Source of the DNA: Eledone cirrhosa
Taxonomy: Eukaryota
Length of the DNA stretch: 64,000 nt
NCBI GenBank assembly: GCA_964016885.1
Contig: OZ024743.1
Span: 326,678,001 to 326,742,000, forward strand
Direction: 5' to 3'
The position numbers and the translations under genes are program-made. The notes under the pieces were generated by a model. That model was given only the letters and a program-made list of their open reading frames with translations, ran no database searches and was not told the DNA's origin. Below, piece by piece: positions 13,044-24,057 of this stretch; within the stretch, counting starts at the first letter, position 1; each line of letters opens with the position of its first letter.

Positions 13044-16000
13044 ATTCCTTTATTTGCCACAAGGGCGCACAAGAAAAGGGGACAATACAAAGACGTATGG
13101 CGAGGATTTTACATACACTCGTGTAAAAAAATTTTAACATGCAAATTCAACAATCGAAATCCCCAATAGGGGGAGGCGTTACAAATGGGTTGCTTTATAC
13201 CCTGTAGATAGAACAACCCTCAACTCCAGGAGCATGTTGTGCAAATGCTCCTTTCTTCCTTGTGCGCTTTTCTTCAACCTACAGGTTTATATACAGAGAA
13301 GGCCCAATCACTTGAGCCATTTTTGCCACATTCGCCCACCTTTCAGTGAATTTACTGGGGTACAGTGCCTCTCTCTCCACTCTGATTCTCCTTCTAAAGT
13401 GGTACCTAAAGAAGGGAATGAGTTGTTGTCCGGAGAGAAAGGCATCTGTCCTCAGTCCTCTCAATCTCGTCCACCATATAACCTCTTTCACCATAGCCAC
13501 TATACAGAGGGAAACCGCCTCTCTTTCATTTTTAAATGAAGGTGGCGGTTTGATCCTTACTATGGACTCGGCAGTCAACTGGATTTGTACCATACGCGAC
13601 AGCAGTTGTTCCGAGTAGTTCCACAGGTCGGTTACACCCGGGAAGTGTACAATTGCGTGCAGGACGGTTTCAATGTCCTGCGCGCATCTTGGACACGTCC
13701 TCTTGGAAGGATCCCTGCCGGGGCGTCCGTGCCTGTAGATCTTGTCACGAACTGGTAGAGCTCCTCGGTAGCACTGCTAGGCCAGGGACCACTGGAAGTT
13801 GTCCATGGGTCCCGGGCGGAAAATCCTACCAAACAGACTGGGGAGTTCGTCGTCTTCGACGCCTAGAGTCTCTCCGAGCACGTCGTCGCCCCTGTGACGT
13901 ACTAACCCTCTATAGAATGTCGAAGTGGAGTCTCCACTGATTGCCGTGCCCGCTTGACAGAGGACTGTGAGCGCCTGAGCGCATTCAATGTGCCAGACGC
14001 CCATCTTCTTCGGTCTTCGCTTGACCCAGGACTGCCTACCAGGTCTTCCCTACCAGGTTCTCGACAACAAACGCCAACACCTTGGCCAAAATCTTTAACT
14101 CTGTGTTGAGCAGAGTTATGGGCCTACAGTTGCTTAGTTCGTCCCCCTTGTTCTCGTCTTTCCTGATCAGCGTTACTACGCCCTTGCCTGCAGAACTGGG
14201 AATTCTCCCGTTCTGCTGCCAATTGCAGTAGACGGCCTCGGGGACGCCAGAGAACAAGTCCGGCATGCCTATGTAAAACTCATAGGGTAGACCATCTAGA
14301 CCGGGTGACTTGCGTTTCCCGCAGCGGCCCAGAGCGTCCCGTATCTCAGTGTCCGTGATCGGTCTTTCGCAGAACTCGGCGTTCGTGTTCGAGAGACGCG
14401 ACAGGCCGTCGAGGTATGAACTAAAGTCCATTGCCCGTTCGGCTCACCGTCGTTCTGCTCAAACAGTCGCGCAAAGTGCTGCTGAAAGGCCGCGCACATT
14501 CGCTTGGGATCAAGTAGCACGCGTCCGTTTTGGTCTTTCAAAGACCGAATCGTGGACTTGTTGCCGCTTTTTGCCTACGCCACTCGGGCCCAGCTGACAG
14601 CTTTCGCTCCTTCGTTTCCTAGAGCTTGTGTTGCTTCTGACCACGCAGCCTTCGTGTTTCGCGTCGAAGAACTGGTCTAGTGCCGTTCTCGACGCTAACA
14701 CTCTAGCCGCGTTTCCACTTCTAAGTGCCTCCTCTACCTTGGCTACTAGTTCTCTTTCTATTTTGTTTTTCTCTAAGGCTAACTCTCTGCTAAACTCTAT
14801 CGATTCTACTCTAATTGCTTTCTTGAGAGAGTACCACCATCTATTGTTGACAATGGCTCCCGTTAACTGTTGCTTGACTAGTCTACTTATCCGTTCACTG
14901 TAAGCTTTACGTGCCGGCAACGACACGTTCAGCTTCCAGTATCCGGGTCCCTGTCTATGTATCATATCACGGTTAACTAAGCAGACGACTAATTTGTGAT
15001 CTGAATAGGCAACCATGTGCATTCGTGGACAGCTTAACATATCCTTGTCCCTTTCTCTAATGAAGAACCTATCTAAATACGATCTAGATGTCCCACTGCG
15101 GTTTACCCACGTCCACTGTGGTGCAGTCGGGAAATCCAGTCGATACCTATCGGCCAGTTGGAATTGGCCGATTAAAGTTTTGAGGCTGTTCAACCCCCCC
15201 CCTCTACTGGGATATGCTCCCACATAGTCCCATCGTGCATCTAGGATACCATTCCAGTCCTCCACTAAAAGTAAGGAGCGAGATGTTCCCAGAAAATACT
15301 CTAGACGCTTAAAGAAGTCTGGCCGTGATTGCGATTGCCAGGTCGGGGCATAAACGGCCACCAGTCTGAAGGCTCCACCTCCAATACTGTTCACGTCTAG
15401 GACTACCAGTCTACTCTCCGGGTCCAAGTGTACTTGCTGTACTTCGACGTCCAGGTTCTTCCGAAACATGACAGCCACTCCCCCTCCACCTCCTGGCTGA
15501 CAGAGAGATGCGTAGATCTCAAAGTCGTCGAAGATGGGGGTTAGTTGCTGCCTGTTGTGGATCCTGGACTCGGTGATGGCTATCACATCCATACCGTGTG
15601 ACCTAAGGTCGTTTAAAAGTTGGTCCTGTTTCCAGGGCATCCCTAGGCCACGCACATTCACGCTTCCAACTCGTAAACTAGCCATGTTGGTGGAGAAGAG
15701 TTGGCGAAAAGGACGAAAAGGTGCACTTACCTTTTCGTTTCCTGGAGATCGGGTTGTTCAATCTCCATTTGGGTGCAGGATGGGGTGTTAGGTGGGGTGG
15801 GGAAACATTTTAATAAGACACGGTTAATAGGTTTTTGACAGGGGTTGCCAACATTCTGCGAAAACTGTCTTTTCAATTTCTGATAGGTTTCTATCGAAAC
15901 CCTTATTAGTTTTAGGTGTAGAGACGATTCTGCTTCGACGAAAGTTTTGCCCTCCGTCTCCACCTTGGGGTTTTGGGAATGACCTCGATCAAACTCTTGT

Positions 16001-17827
16001 TGTTTGTGTTGATGTATGTGTGCGTATTGTTGTTTGCGTTTTTGTTGTGTTGTTTTAGTTTGTTGTTCGTCCGGGAGTTTTCTTTTTATGGTGGGTGCTT
16101 GTGTTTGGGGTGGTGTTGGTGTTGGTTTTGCTGGTAGGGGGATGTTTGACTGTGGTGTTGTTTGTGTTGTTGTTTGTGTCTGTAGTTGTGTGTCTGTAGT
16201 TGGTGATTGGAGTTTTGGGGGTTTTGTGGTGTCTCTTTTTTTGTTTTTTTAGATTTCCGAGGCTCTCCTTCTTCTTCACTTAAAGAAGAAGCAGCCTCAT
16301 CTGTCAATGAATAATCATCGTCAGGAGTGTGGGGTAGGGGTATGTTGTGTGGTGGTAGTGTTTCGGTGTGTGTGTTTGTGGTAGTGTTTGATGAGTGGGA
16401 TAGGGTGGGGCTGTGTTCTTCATGGGTGTTGTCTGTGTTTTTTCTGTTGTTGTTGGTTGAGTGGCTGTTTGTTTTGGTGTGTTTGCTCGTTCCGTCTGTT
16501 GTTGTACTTGTGGTGGTGGTTGTTTTGGTGTTGGTGTTGGTAATAGTGTTTTTTAATGATGTTGTTGTGGTGTGTTTGTGAAGGACAGGAGGCCTTTAGG
16601 TGTGTTGTGCTACCACAGCGAAAGCAATGAAGTTTACGCCCCTCCACCGAAATGTTTACTTTGGTGTTGTCGTCGATGATGACTTTTTCGGGTATTTTGG
16701 AGATTCTTTCCGGCCTCATTTGCATCAGAATCTCCAAATCAGTACCCGCCCACCTTTGTCTAATAGACTTTCGTATCGAAAGAATGGCATCAGTTTCTGG
16801 TATCCATGAAGCCAGCCAAGATCTACCAGATGTTAATGTTTGGTGGTATATTTTTTATTTTTATTTTTTCTGTCCTTCTTCCCATGTACGTAGGGAAAAG
16901 GGTGAATGCTTTTGACACCTCGCTTTTAAACAGCACGGAAATACTTCCGTACTGTTTTCCTCGTTGGAGAAAGTCAATATTTGCTAGAGTCTCCTTGAAG
17001 GTGGCTTCTATATTATCTCCTTGACTAACAAATATTGGCTTTCTCGTGGTGTTGGAGACAGTCCTAAAGGTCACTGTCCTTCGAACTGTTTCTTCTTTTA
17101 TTTCGAGGGGTGAGTTAATTCTAAACCCACCCTTGTCTTCGAAAGTTACAAATTTCCTCCCTTGCTGGAGCATATCTCTTGCATTGGAGATGTCAAGATT
17201 TATAAAATCTTGTTTTTTGCTCATTGTTTCAGCGAAAGACATTTTTTTGTGTGGTGTTGCTGTTGTTGTTGTTGTTGTTGTTGTTATCGTTGTTAGCCTC
17301 GGTGTTGGAAATCTCAATTTCTTGACGAGGTGAAACTTTATGTGTAGATGTATCTATGGAGTTGTTGTTGTTGTTGTTGTTTTTCATGTGTATGTATGTT
17401 AATAGGTTTAATTCCTGTGTTTTCCTGTGTTATTATTAGTTTACTCCGCTTTGACGGTAAAAAATGTTTAATCTTCAAGTGGTAATATTTTTTTCTCTTT
17501 GTTGACAGTCGTATCTATGGCGACGTCCATAGTAGCAGAAGCAGATATAACGTTAATATCTGCCTCTCTACCTCTCTTGTCTCTGTCGACGGTCTCCAGC
17601 GTTCTTTCCGAGCTATTCATGTTTTATAGTTGGCAAAATTTGATATTTTAAAACAATTTTTAAATAAAATTTTCGCCCCTAAAGGGGCGAAAAATGGGAT
17701 TACCTCCCAACTGACAATTCAGCTTGGGTGTTAATCTACAAAATGATATGTTTTTTCAAACAATTAGTTCGGTTTTTTGCGTAGAAATTAATAAAAAAGC
17801 TTACCGGCGATGTTCCACGCGTCAGGC
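13044..17827 (-). mobile_element. Tx1-type (L1 clade) non-LTR retrotransposon, copy A, with internal RT deletion
   Basis: ORF1 remnants with CCHC knuckle CFRCGSTTHLKASC. APE endonuclease (NVRGL, ITE, AVYAP, EDWN, LDR, SDH), GPGYWKLN, KSPGLDGLPYEFY, RPITLLNTELKIL and the C-terminal region are present. About 1 kb of RT is missing at ~14035. The 3' end is AATAAA followed by a short TATC/TATG run. Confidence 0.9.
14510..15685 (-). pseudogene. Copy A ORF2 N-terminal part: apurinic-type endonuclease plus linker (frameshifted)
   Basis: 391-aa ORF homologous to 20140-21579. Confidence 0.85.
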
Positions 17828-17835
17828 AGATAAAG

Positions 17836-17927
<92 letters not shown>
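17828..17927. repeat. (GATA)n spacer between Tx1 copies A and B
   Basis: Direct inspection, about 24 units. Confidence 0.97.
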
Positions 17928-18141
17928 TTCTTTATTTACCATAAAGGTATAAAAAGAAGGGACAAATACAAAGGGGGAGTTTACATACAATCGAGTAAAA
18001 AGGGTATAAAATGAAAATAATCGAAAATGACCTCAAAAGGGAAGGGACGTGATGGGGGTTGCACACGCCCCCGAAAAAGTGTGCAATCCTTTGCCCGGGG
18101 AGCACATGGAGAAGGTGCTCCCCTCTCCTTCACTTCTTTAC

Positions 18142-21100
18142 CTACAGGATGGTATAGAGAGAAGGCCCATTTACACGAGCCATTCTCGCCACTATCACCC
18201 ACCTTTCATAAAACTGCCTGTGGCCAAGCACCTCTCTCTCCATTCTTATCCTTCTTCCGAAGTGATATCGGAAGAAGTAGACCAGACTATGGCCAGAGAG
18301 GAAGTTGCCTGACCTCAGACCTTTCAATCGTGTCCACCAAACAACCTCTTTCAACATGGCTATTACGCACAGAAAAACCGCCTTTGCTTCCTTTGTGAAG
18401 AGGGGAGGCGGTTTGATTGTCATCACGGACTCGGCGGTCAATTGAATCGGCGCCATCCGCGACAGCAGTCGTTCGGTGTAGCCCCACAGATCAGCCACGC
18501 CCGGACATTGCACCAATGCGTGCACAACGGTTTCTTCGTGACGCACGCATCTACGGCAAATCTTTTTTGAGGGATCCCTGCCCGGGCGCCCGTGTCTGTA
18601 GAGCCTCTCTCGAACGGGTAGAGCCCCCCGGTAGCACTGCCAGGCTAGTGACTTCTGGAAGTTGTCCATTGGTCCCGGGCCGAAAGTCCTACCGAACAGG
18701 CTGGCCAGTTCGTCCTCTTCCATGTCCAGCGACTCTCCAAGGGTGTCATCGCCCCTGCTAGCCACCATCCCTCTATAGAATGATGAGGTGGATTCTCCAC
18801 CGATGGCCTGGCCCGCTTGCCAGAGAGCCCTGAGCGCCTGAGCACACTCAGTGTGCCAGTCTCCCAGTTTTCCGGATCTTTGCTTGACCCAGGACTGCAG
18901 CTCGGTGAGCGAGACGAGTCTCGGAAAGGCTCGTTTCACGAACGGAGCCCACACCGGTTGACCAGTGAAGAATACCTGTAGGTGCCGTAGCCTTAATGCG
19001 TGCCTACGCATCATCAACCACGGCATCCCCAGCCATCCTTTCGAAGGTTGTTGGCAGCAGATGGATCTTCTCACCATAGGAGGGCGCTTCTTCCAAAGAA
19101 ATTGGAAGAGCATGCGTTCCATGGTGGTGAGTGTTTCCTTAGGGCAAGGCACGACAGTCAGGCGGTAGTAAGTGACGGACGCTATGTAAATGTTCGCCAC
19201 CTCCGCCCGGCCTTTTAGGGACAGCTTACACTTGGCCCATTTCTGGGTTAGTGCAAACACCTTGTTCGTAACCTCGTCCCAGTTCTTTTCCACCTGGAGG
19301 TCCAGTCCAAACCAGACCCCAAGCAACTTTACCGGGCCCTCCGTCCAGTGTCCGACGACACCGTCGGGAGGCATCGGTCTGCCTCTCCACGTTCCGAGTT
19401 GCAGCCCGATGGATTTTTCCCGGTTCAGTTTCGCTCCTGACAACCTTTCGTAATCCTCCAGTAAGGTACCGATCGCCTCGATTTCCGAGTCGGTCGATAC
19501 CATTACTGTTACGTCATCGGCGTAGGCCGACACCGCTTTGCTCAATCCTGGTTCCAGGGGGATACTCTGCAACAACTCTAACTTCCTCAGTAAAGGCTCA
19601 AGAGTCAATACGTACAGAAGGGAGGAGAGAGGGTACCCCTGTCGAATGGATCGTGTGATTTCGAACGGCTTCGAAAGGTAGCCGTTCACCTTGATCCTAG
19701 AACAGATGTGGTTGCTATGTAAGGCAGTGATCCAGCCTCTGAAAACAGCACCGAACCCAGCCGCCGCTAGCACCGCATCCAGGTAACCATGGTCGACCCT
19801 ATCGAAGGCCTTAGACTGATCCAAGTTGATCAGGGCCCCACCAAAGCCGGGTTTGTTGCCAACCCTCTCTGTGATGTATCGCATGAGGTGGAGGTTATCG
19901 TGAATGGACCTGGATGGGATAGCACTTGTCTGCGCATCTCCCACCAGGCTACCCACGACAACCGCCAACCTCTTTGCTAACACCTTGGCCAAAATCTTTA
20001 ACTCTGTGTTTAGCAGGGTTATGGGCCGAAAATTATTTATACTATCCCCCTTGTTCTCGTCCTTCCTCACCAGCGAGACTACGCCCTTGGCTACAGAACA
20101 AGGAATTCTCCCGTTCTGCTGCCAATTGCAGTAGACCGCTTAGAGGAGTTCGGAGAAGAAAACCGGCATTGCTAAATAAAGTTCGTAAGGTATACCATCG
20201 AGACCTGGAGATTTGCGTCTGCTGCATTGGCTCAGCGCATCTCCGATCTCATCAGCCGAGATTGGTCCCTCGCAGGACTCTGCCTCTTCGCTCGAGAGAC
20301 GCGGCGGGCCGTCGAGGTATGGACCGAAATCCACGTCCCCGCCCGGGCCCTCGCCTCCCCCGAATAATCGGGCAAAGTGCCTTTGAAAGGCCTCGCACAT
20401 CTGCTTAGGCTCCTGGATCACCCGTCCATCCTCGTCTTGCAACGACCGGATGGTGGATCGATTTCCACTCTTAGCTTCTGTCACGCGGGCCCAGCCAACG
20501 GCTTTGGCCCCCTCATTACCTAGAGCACGTATTTTACTTCGAATGACGCAGCCTTCGTGCTTTGCATCAAAAAACTGGTTCAAGGCCGTCCTCGATGCCA
20601 GCACTCTGGCCACATCTTCGCTCTTGATTGCCTCTTCTAATTTACCTGTTAATTCTTTCTCGTTTCTATTCCTATCGGCAGCTAACATCTTGCTATAACT
20701 TATTGATTCTGTTCTAATCTCTCTTTTGAGAGATGCCCACCATCGGTTGTTGACGATTGCACCCGTCAACCTCTCCTTAACTAATCTGCTAATCCGGTTT
20801 CTGTAAGTCTCTTTTGCCGGTAAAGACAAATTAAGTTTCCAGTAACCGGGACCCTGTTTATGTGTTTTCTCGAGATTGACTACGCAGGTCACTAATTTGT
20901 GATCCGTATAGCCAACCGTGCGCATTTCTGGACAGCTTAATATGTCCCTATCCTTACTTCTAACTAAGAATCTATCTAAGTACGATCTAGATTGACCACT
21001 GTGGTTTCTCCAAGTCCAGGTAGGCACAGTTGGAAAATCTAGTCGATATCTATCAACCAAGTTAAAACGGTCGAGTAACCCCTTGAGGCTGTTACACCCC

Positions 21101-21579
21101 CCTCTATTAGGACATGCTCCTGCATAGTCCCAATGTGCATCTAGGATGTCATTCCAATCCCCCGCTAGAAGCAGGGAACGCGACGTTCCCAGAAAAGTTT
21201 CCAAACGCTGGAAGAAGTCGGGCCGTTCAGCTCCGAAAGGGGAGTAGACGGCGACCAGTCTCAAGGCCGCACCTTCACTACTGCCAACGTCTAGCACCAA
21301 CAAACGACCCTCCGGGTCCGAGTGAACAACCTGTACGACAAGACCCAGGTGTTTTTGCAGCAGTACGACAACCCCACCCCCACCTCCAGGTTGACAGAGA
21401 GATGCATGCACCTCAAAGTCATCGAAGGTAGGGGCCAGCTGCCGCACGACGCTGATCCAGGTCTCACAGATAACCATTACATTTATACCACATGACGTGA
21501 GGTCATTTAGAAGCTTTGCTTGCTTCCAAGTTGAGCCCAGGCCACGTGCATTCAAACATCCTACTCTTAACACATCCAT
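18142..21579 (-). pseudogene. Copy B ORF2 (EN-RT, 1146 codons) with one in-frame TAA at 20140-20142
   Basis: The 479-aa and 642-aa ORFs are in the same frame (..FFSELL*AVYCNWQQNGRIP..). Motifs GDWN, TDH, LDQSKAFDRVDH, QGYPLS, AYADD, LLGV, CRRC..ETVVHAL..C. Confidence 0.9.
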
Positions 21580-21612
21580 GTGGGCGGCAGAGCCAAAGGA
21601 GAGTGTAGAGAC

Positions 21613-23508
21613 CTACCTTTCTGCTTCCCGGGGTTCGGGTCGCACGACTTCCATGGGGTCGGGGGTGTTGGGTGAAGGGGTGTCTTGTGGTGGTGTGGGG
21701 TCGTCAGTGTGTGGTGGGGTTGGGGTGTTTGGAGTTGTGTTGGGGAGGGGAAGGGGAGGGGGAAAGCTTTTTAGTAGGACGCGGTTTATGGGTTTGACAG
21801 AGGGTGGTCCTACGTCCTCCTTAAAATCCTTTTTTAGTTTTTGGTAGAGGTTCATTGGGATCTTTATTAATTTTAAATGTGGGTAGTTTTCTGAAGAAAC
21901 AAAGTTTACACCTTCGGTTTGTACCGAAGGATTATTGTTTATGAGTTCATTTAATTTATTATTGTTTCTATTGATGTAAGTATAGTGTAATGTCTTTTTT
22001 CGGATGGTGTGAGTGTTTCGAAGAGGGGAGGGGCAGGTTTGGTTTGGTTTGTTGCTGGAGGGGTGTTTTGTGTTTTGTTGGATTGTGTTGACATTTGGGT
22101 GGGGGTTGTTTGGCCTTGTGTGTTTTGCACATGTTTTCTTTTTTTCCTTTTAATCTGTCTGAAGGACTCCGTTTCTTCCTCCGAATTCGTTGGGTTATCT
22201 TCAGTGTTGGAGGGAAGAGGTATGTTTGCTGGTAATGTTTCCGTGTTGGTTTTCTTTGTGGGGGAGATGGATGTCACTATGTTAGACTGTGTTGTGTGTT
22301 GTGGCTGCGGTGGTTGTGTTGTTTTATTGAGTGAGGGGTTGGGTGGGCCTGTATTTTGTTTTGGGGTAATGTGTTGTGACTGTTTGTGTTGTGGTGGTGG
22401 TGTAGTTTTACTGAGGGACGGGTTGGGTGGGACTGAGTTTTGTTGATTGTTTATCTGTTGTGGTGGTGGTGGTGGAGCTGGTGTTGGTAGCAGGGTTTTC
22501 TTTTTGTTGAGTTGGGGACAAGCCGCCTTCAGGTGCCCTCTGCCTGCACAGATATGACAGGACGGTCTTCTCCCCTCCACGCTAATGTTTATATACCCGT
22601 GGCCCTCTAATAGGATTCTGTCGGGTATTTGGGCGATGCGTTCAGGCTTCATTTGCACTACAAGCTCTATACCTGTTCCACTGAACGCATTGCCTGTGGT
22701 TTTCCCAATGGAAATCACGTTGTCATTCGCTGGATCGATGAAGCCAGCTATGAGCCAGCAGTAGTCCACATCTGGCATCATTGTATCCAGCCATATGCGT
22801 TGAGTTCTTTTACCCATATAAGATGGATAAAAGGTAAAATTTTTCGAACGAATCGGTGACAAAGCACATTTTTTTGCCGCCGATTCGTTCTTCATAATAA
22901 TCGCTAGGCTTCCATACAGTCTGTCTTTTCTTATGAAAGTGGTTTCATTAAGTACTTCTGTGAGTACTGTTTTGAGTTGGCTGTTCAGGTTTTTTAGAAG
23001 TGTTGTTGATGGTGCGGAAAACGACCGTTCGACTTTCAATGTCTTTGGTGAGTTCTTGAGGCATTTTTACCGATAAAATACCATTCTCTCCTTCAGTTAT
23101 ATATTGTTTGGCGTCTGCAATTCTTTGTGCCACATCTGAAATATTTTCAGGTATATATGTCAAAGATTTCTTTGTTGTTTGTGCAAATGAAATCTTATTG
23201 GTGTTGACTTTGTCGTCTGCTTTGCTTTCTGCTATGATGTTGTTTTCAAATGTTATTTTTGTGTTTGTGTCTTTGTTTGTGGTATTAATATTGTCATGCA
23301 ATTTTTCAAATTTTTTTTTTTCGTTGTTGGAATCCATGTCCAGATTTGTGTTTTCGTCATTTTTCTCCGCAGATTCGTCTGTTTTTATTTTATTTTTTCC
23401 TTCCTTCTCTATGACGTTAGTTGGGAAGGAAGGGGGGACTAAAGCGTGCGAGCTTACAACTCTTACCGCTGTCCCCCCACCACTATTTTCGTTCGCTTCG
23501 TTTAACAT
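21613..23508 (-). pseudogene. Copy B ORF1 (CCHC zinc knuckle, Pro/Thr-rich tail), two frameshifts (~22990 and ~21950)
   Basis: The three ORF pieces align collinearly with copy A ORF1 (RTVVFRTINNTSKKP; YGSLAI..FYPSYMGKRT; NISVEGRRPSC; HLKLI..KPINRVLLK). Confidence 0.8.
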
Positions 23509-23735
23509 TTCTGTCAGACGATTGAAATTTTTTATGCCACAAAATTTTTAAAAACAGGTTTTTCACCCCTAGGAGGGGTAAAGATGAGCTGACCCACCGC
23601 CTGACAGTTCAGACGGAGGGTGAAGCTACACAATAGTATCAAAATTAAAATTGAACTTACAAAATTTCCGCAATAAATTTGAACAAAACTTCTGCGCGAA
23701 GTGAATTACATCTACGCTGTAGAACAGACGACAGC

Positions 23736-23743
23736 TAGATTGG

Positions 23744-23792
<49 letters not shown>
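23736..23792. repeat. (GATA)n spacer between Tx1 copies B and C
   Basis: About 13 units, starting with the variant TAGATTGGTAGAT. Confidence 0.97.
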
Positions 23793-23793
<1 letters not shown>

Positions 23794-24057
23794 TATTTCT
23801 TTTATTTGCCACTAGGGCATCAAAAGTGGGACAAGTACAAAGGGGGGAGTTTACACAAAAAGGCGTCCTCAATAAGGAGGAGGCAATAACAAAATATAAA
23901 AATAAAATAAGATATAACAAAAAATAAAATTTTTAACAAAATCCTCAATAGAGAGGAGGCGCCTTGGGGGGTCGCACACACCCCCGAAAAAAGTGTGCAA
24001 CCCTTCTCCTCAGGAGCACAGAGAAGGGGTGCTCCCTTGGTCTTTCATCTTCCTCAC

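Larger units (their letters stand above)
17928..23735 (-). mobile_element. Full-length Tx1-type non-LTR retrotransposon, copy B (~5.8 kb)
   Basis: 5' UTR, ORF1 with CHICAGRGHLKAAC knuckle, ORF2 with EN, RT and C-terminal Cys/His motif, 3' UTR ending AATAAAGAAA then (TATC)n. Confidence 0.93.

Noticed and set aside
20140-23040. Programmed readthrough or frameshifting in the Tx1 ORFs, because B and C share the lesions
   Set aside because: Copy A has a sense codon at the TAA position and reads through the ~22990 site in frame. Sharing is explained by B/C identity.
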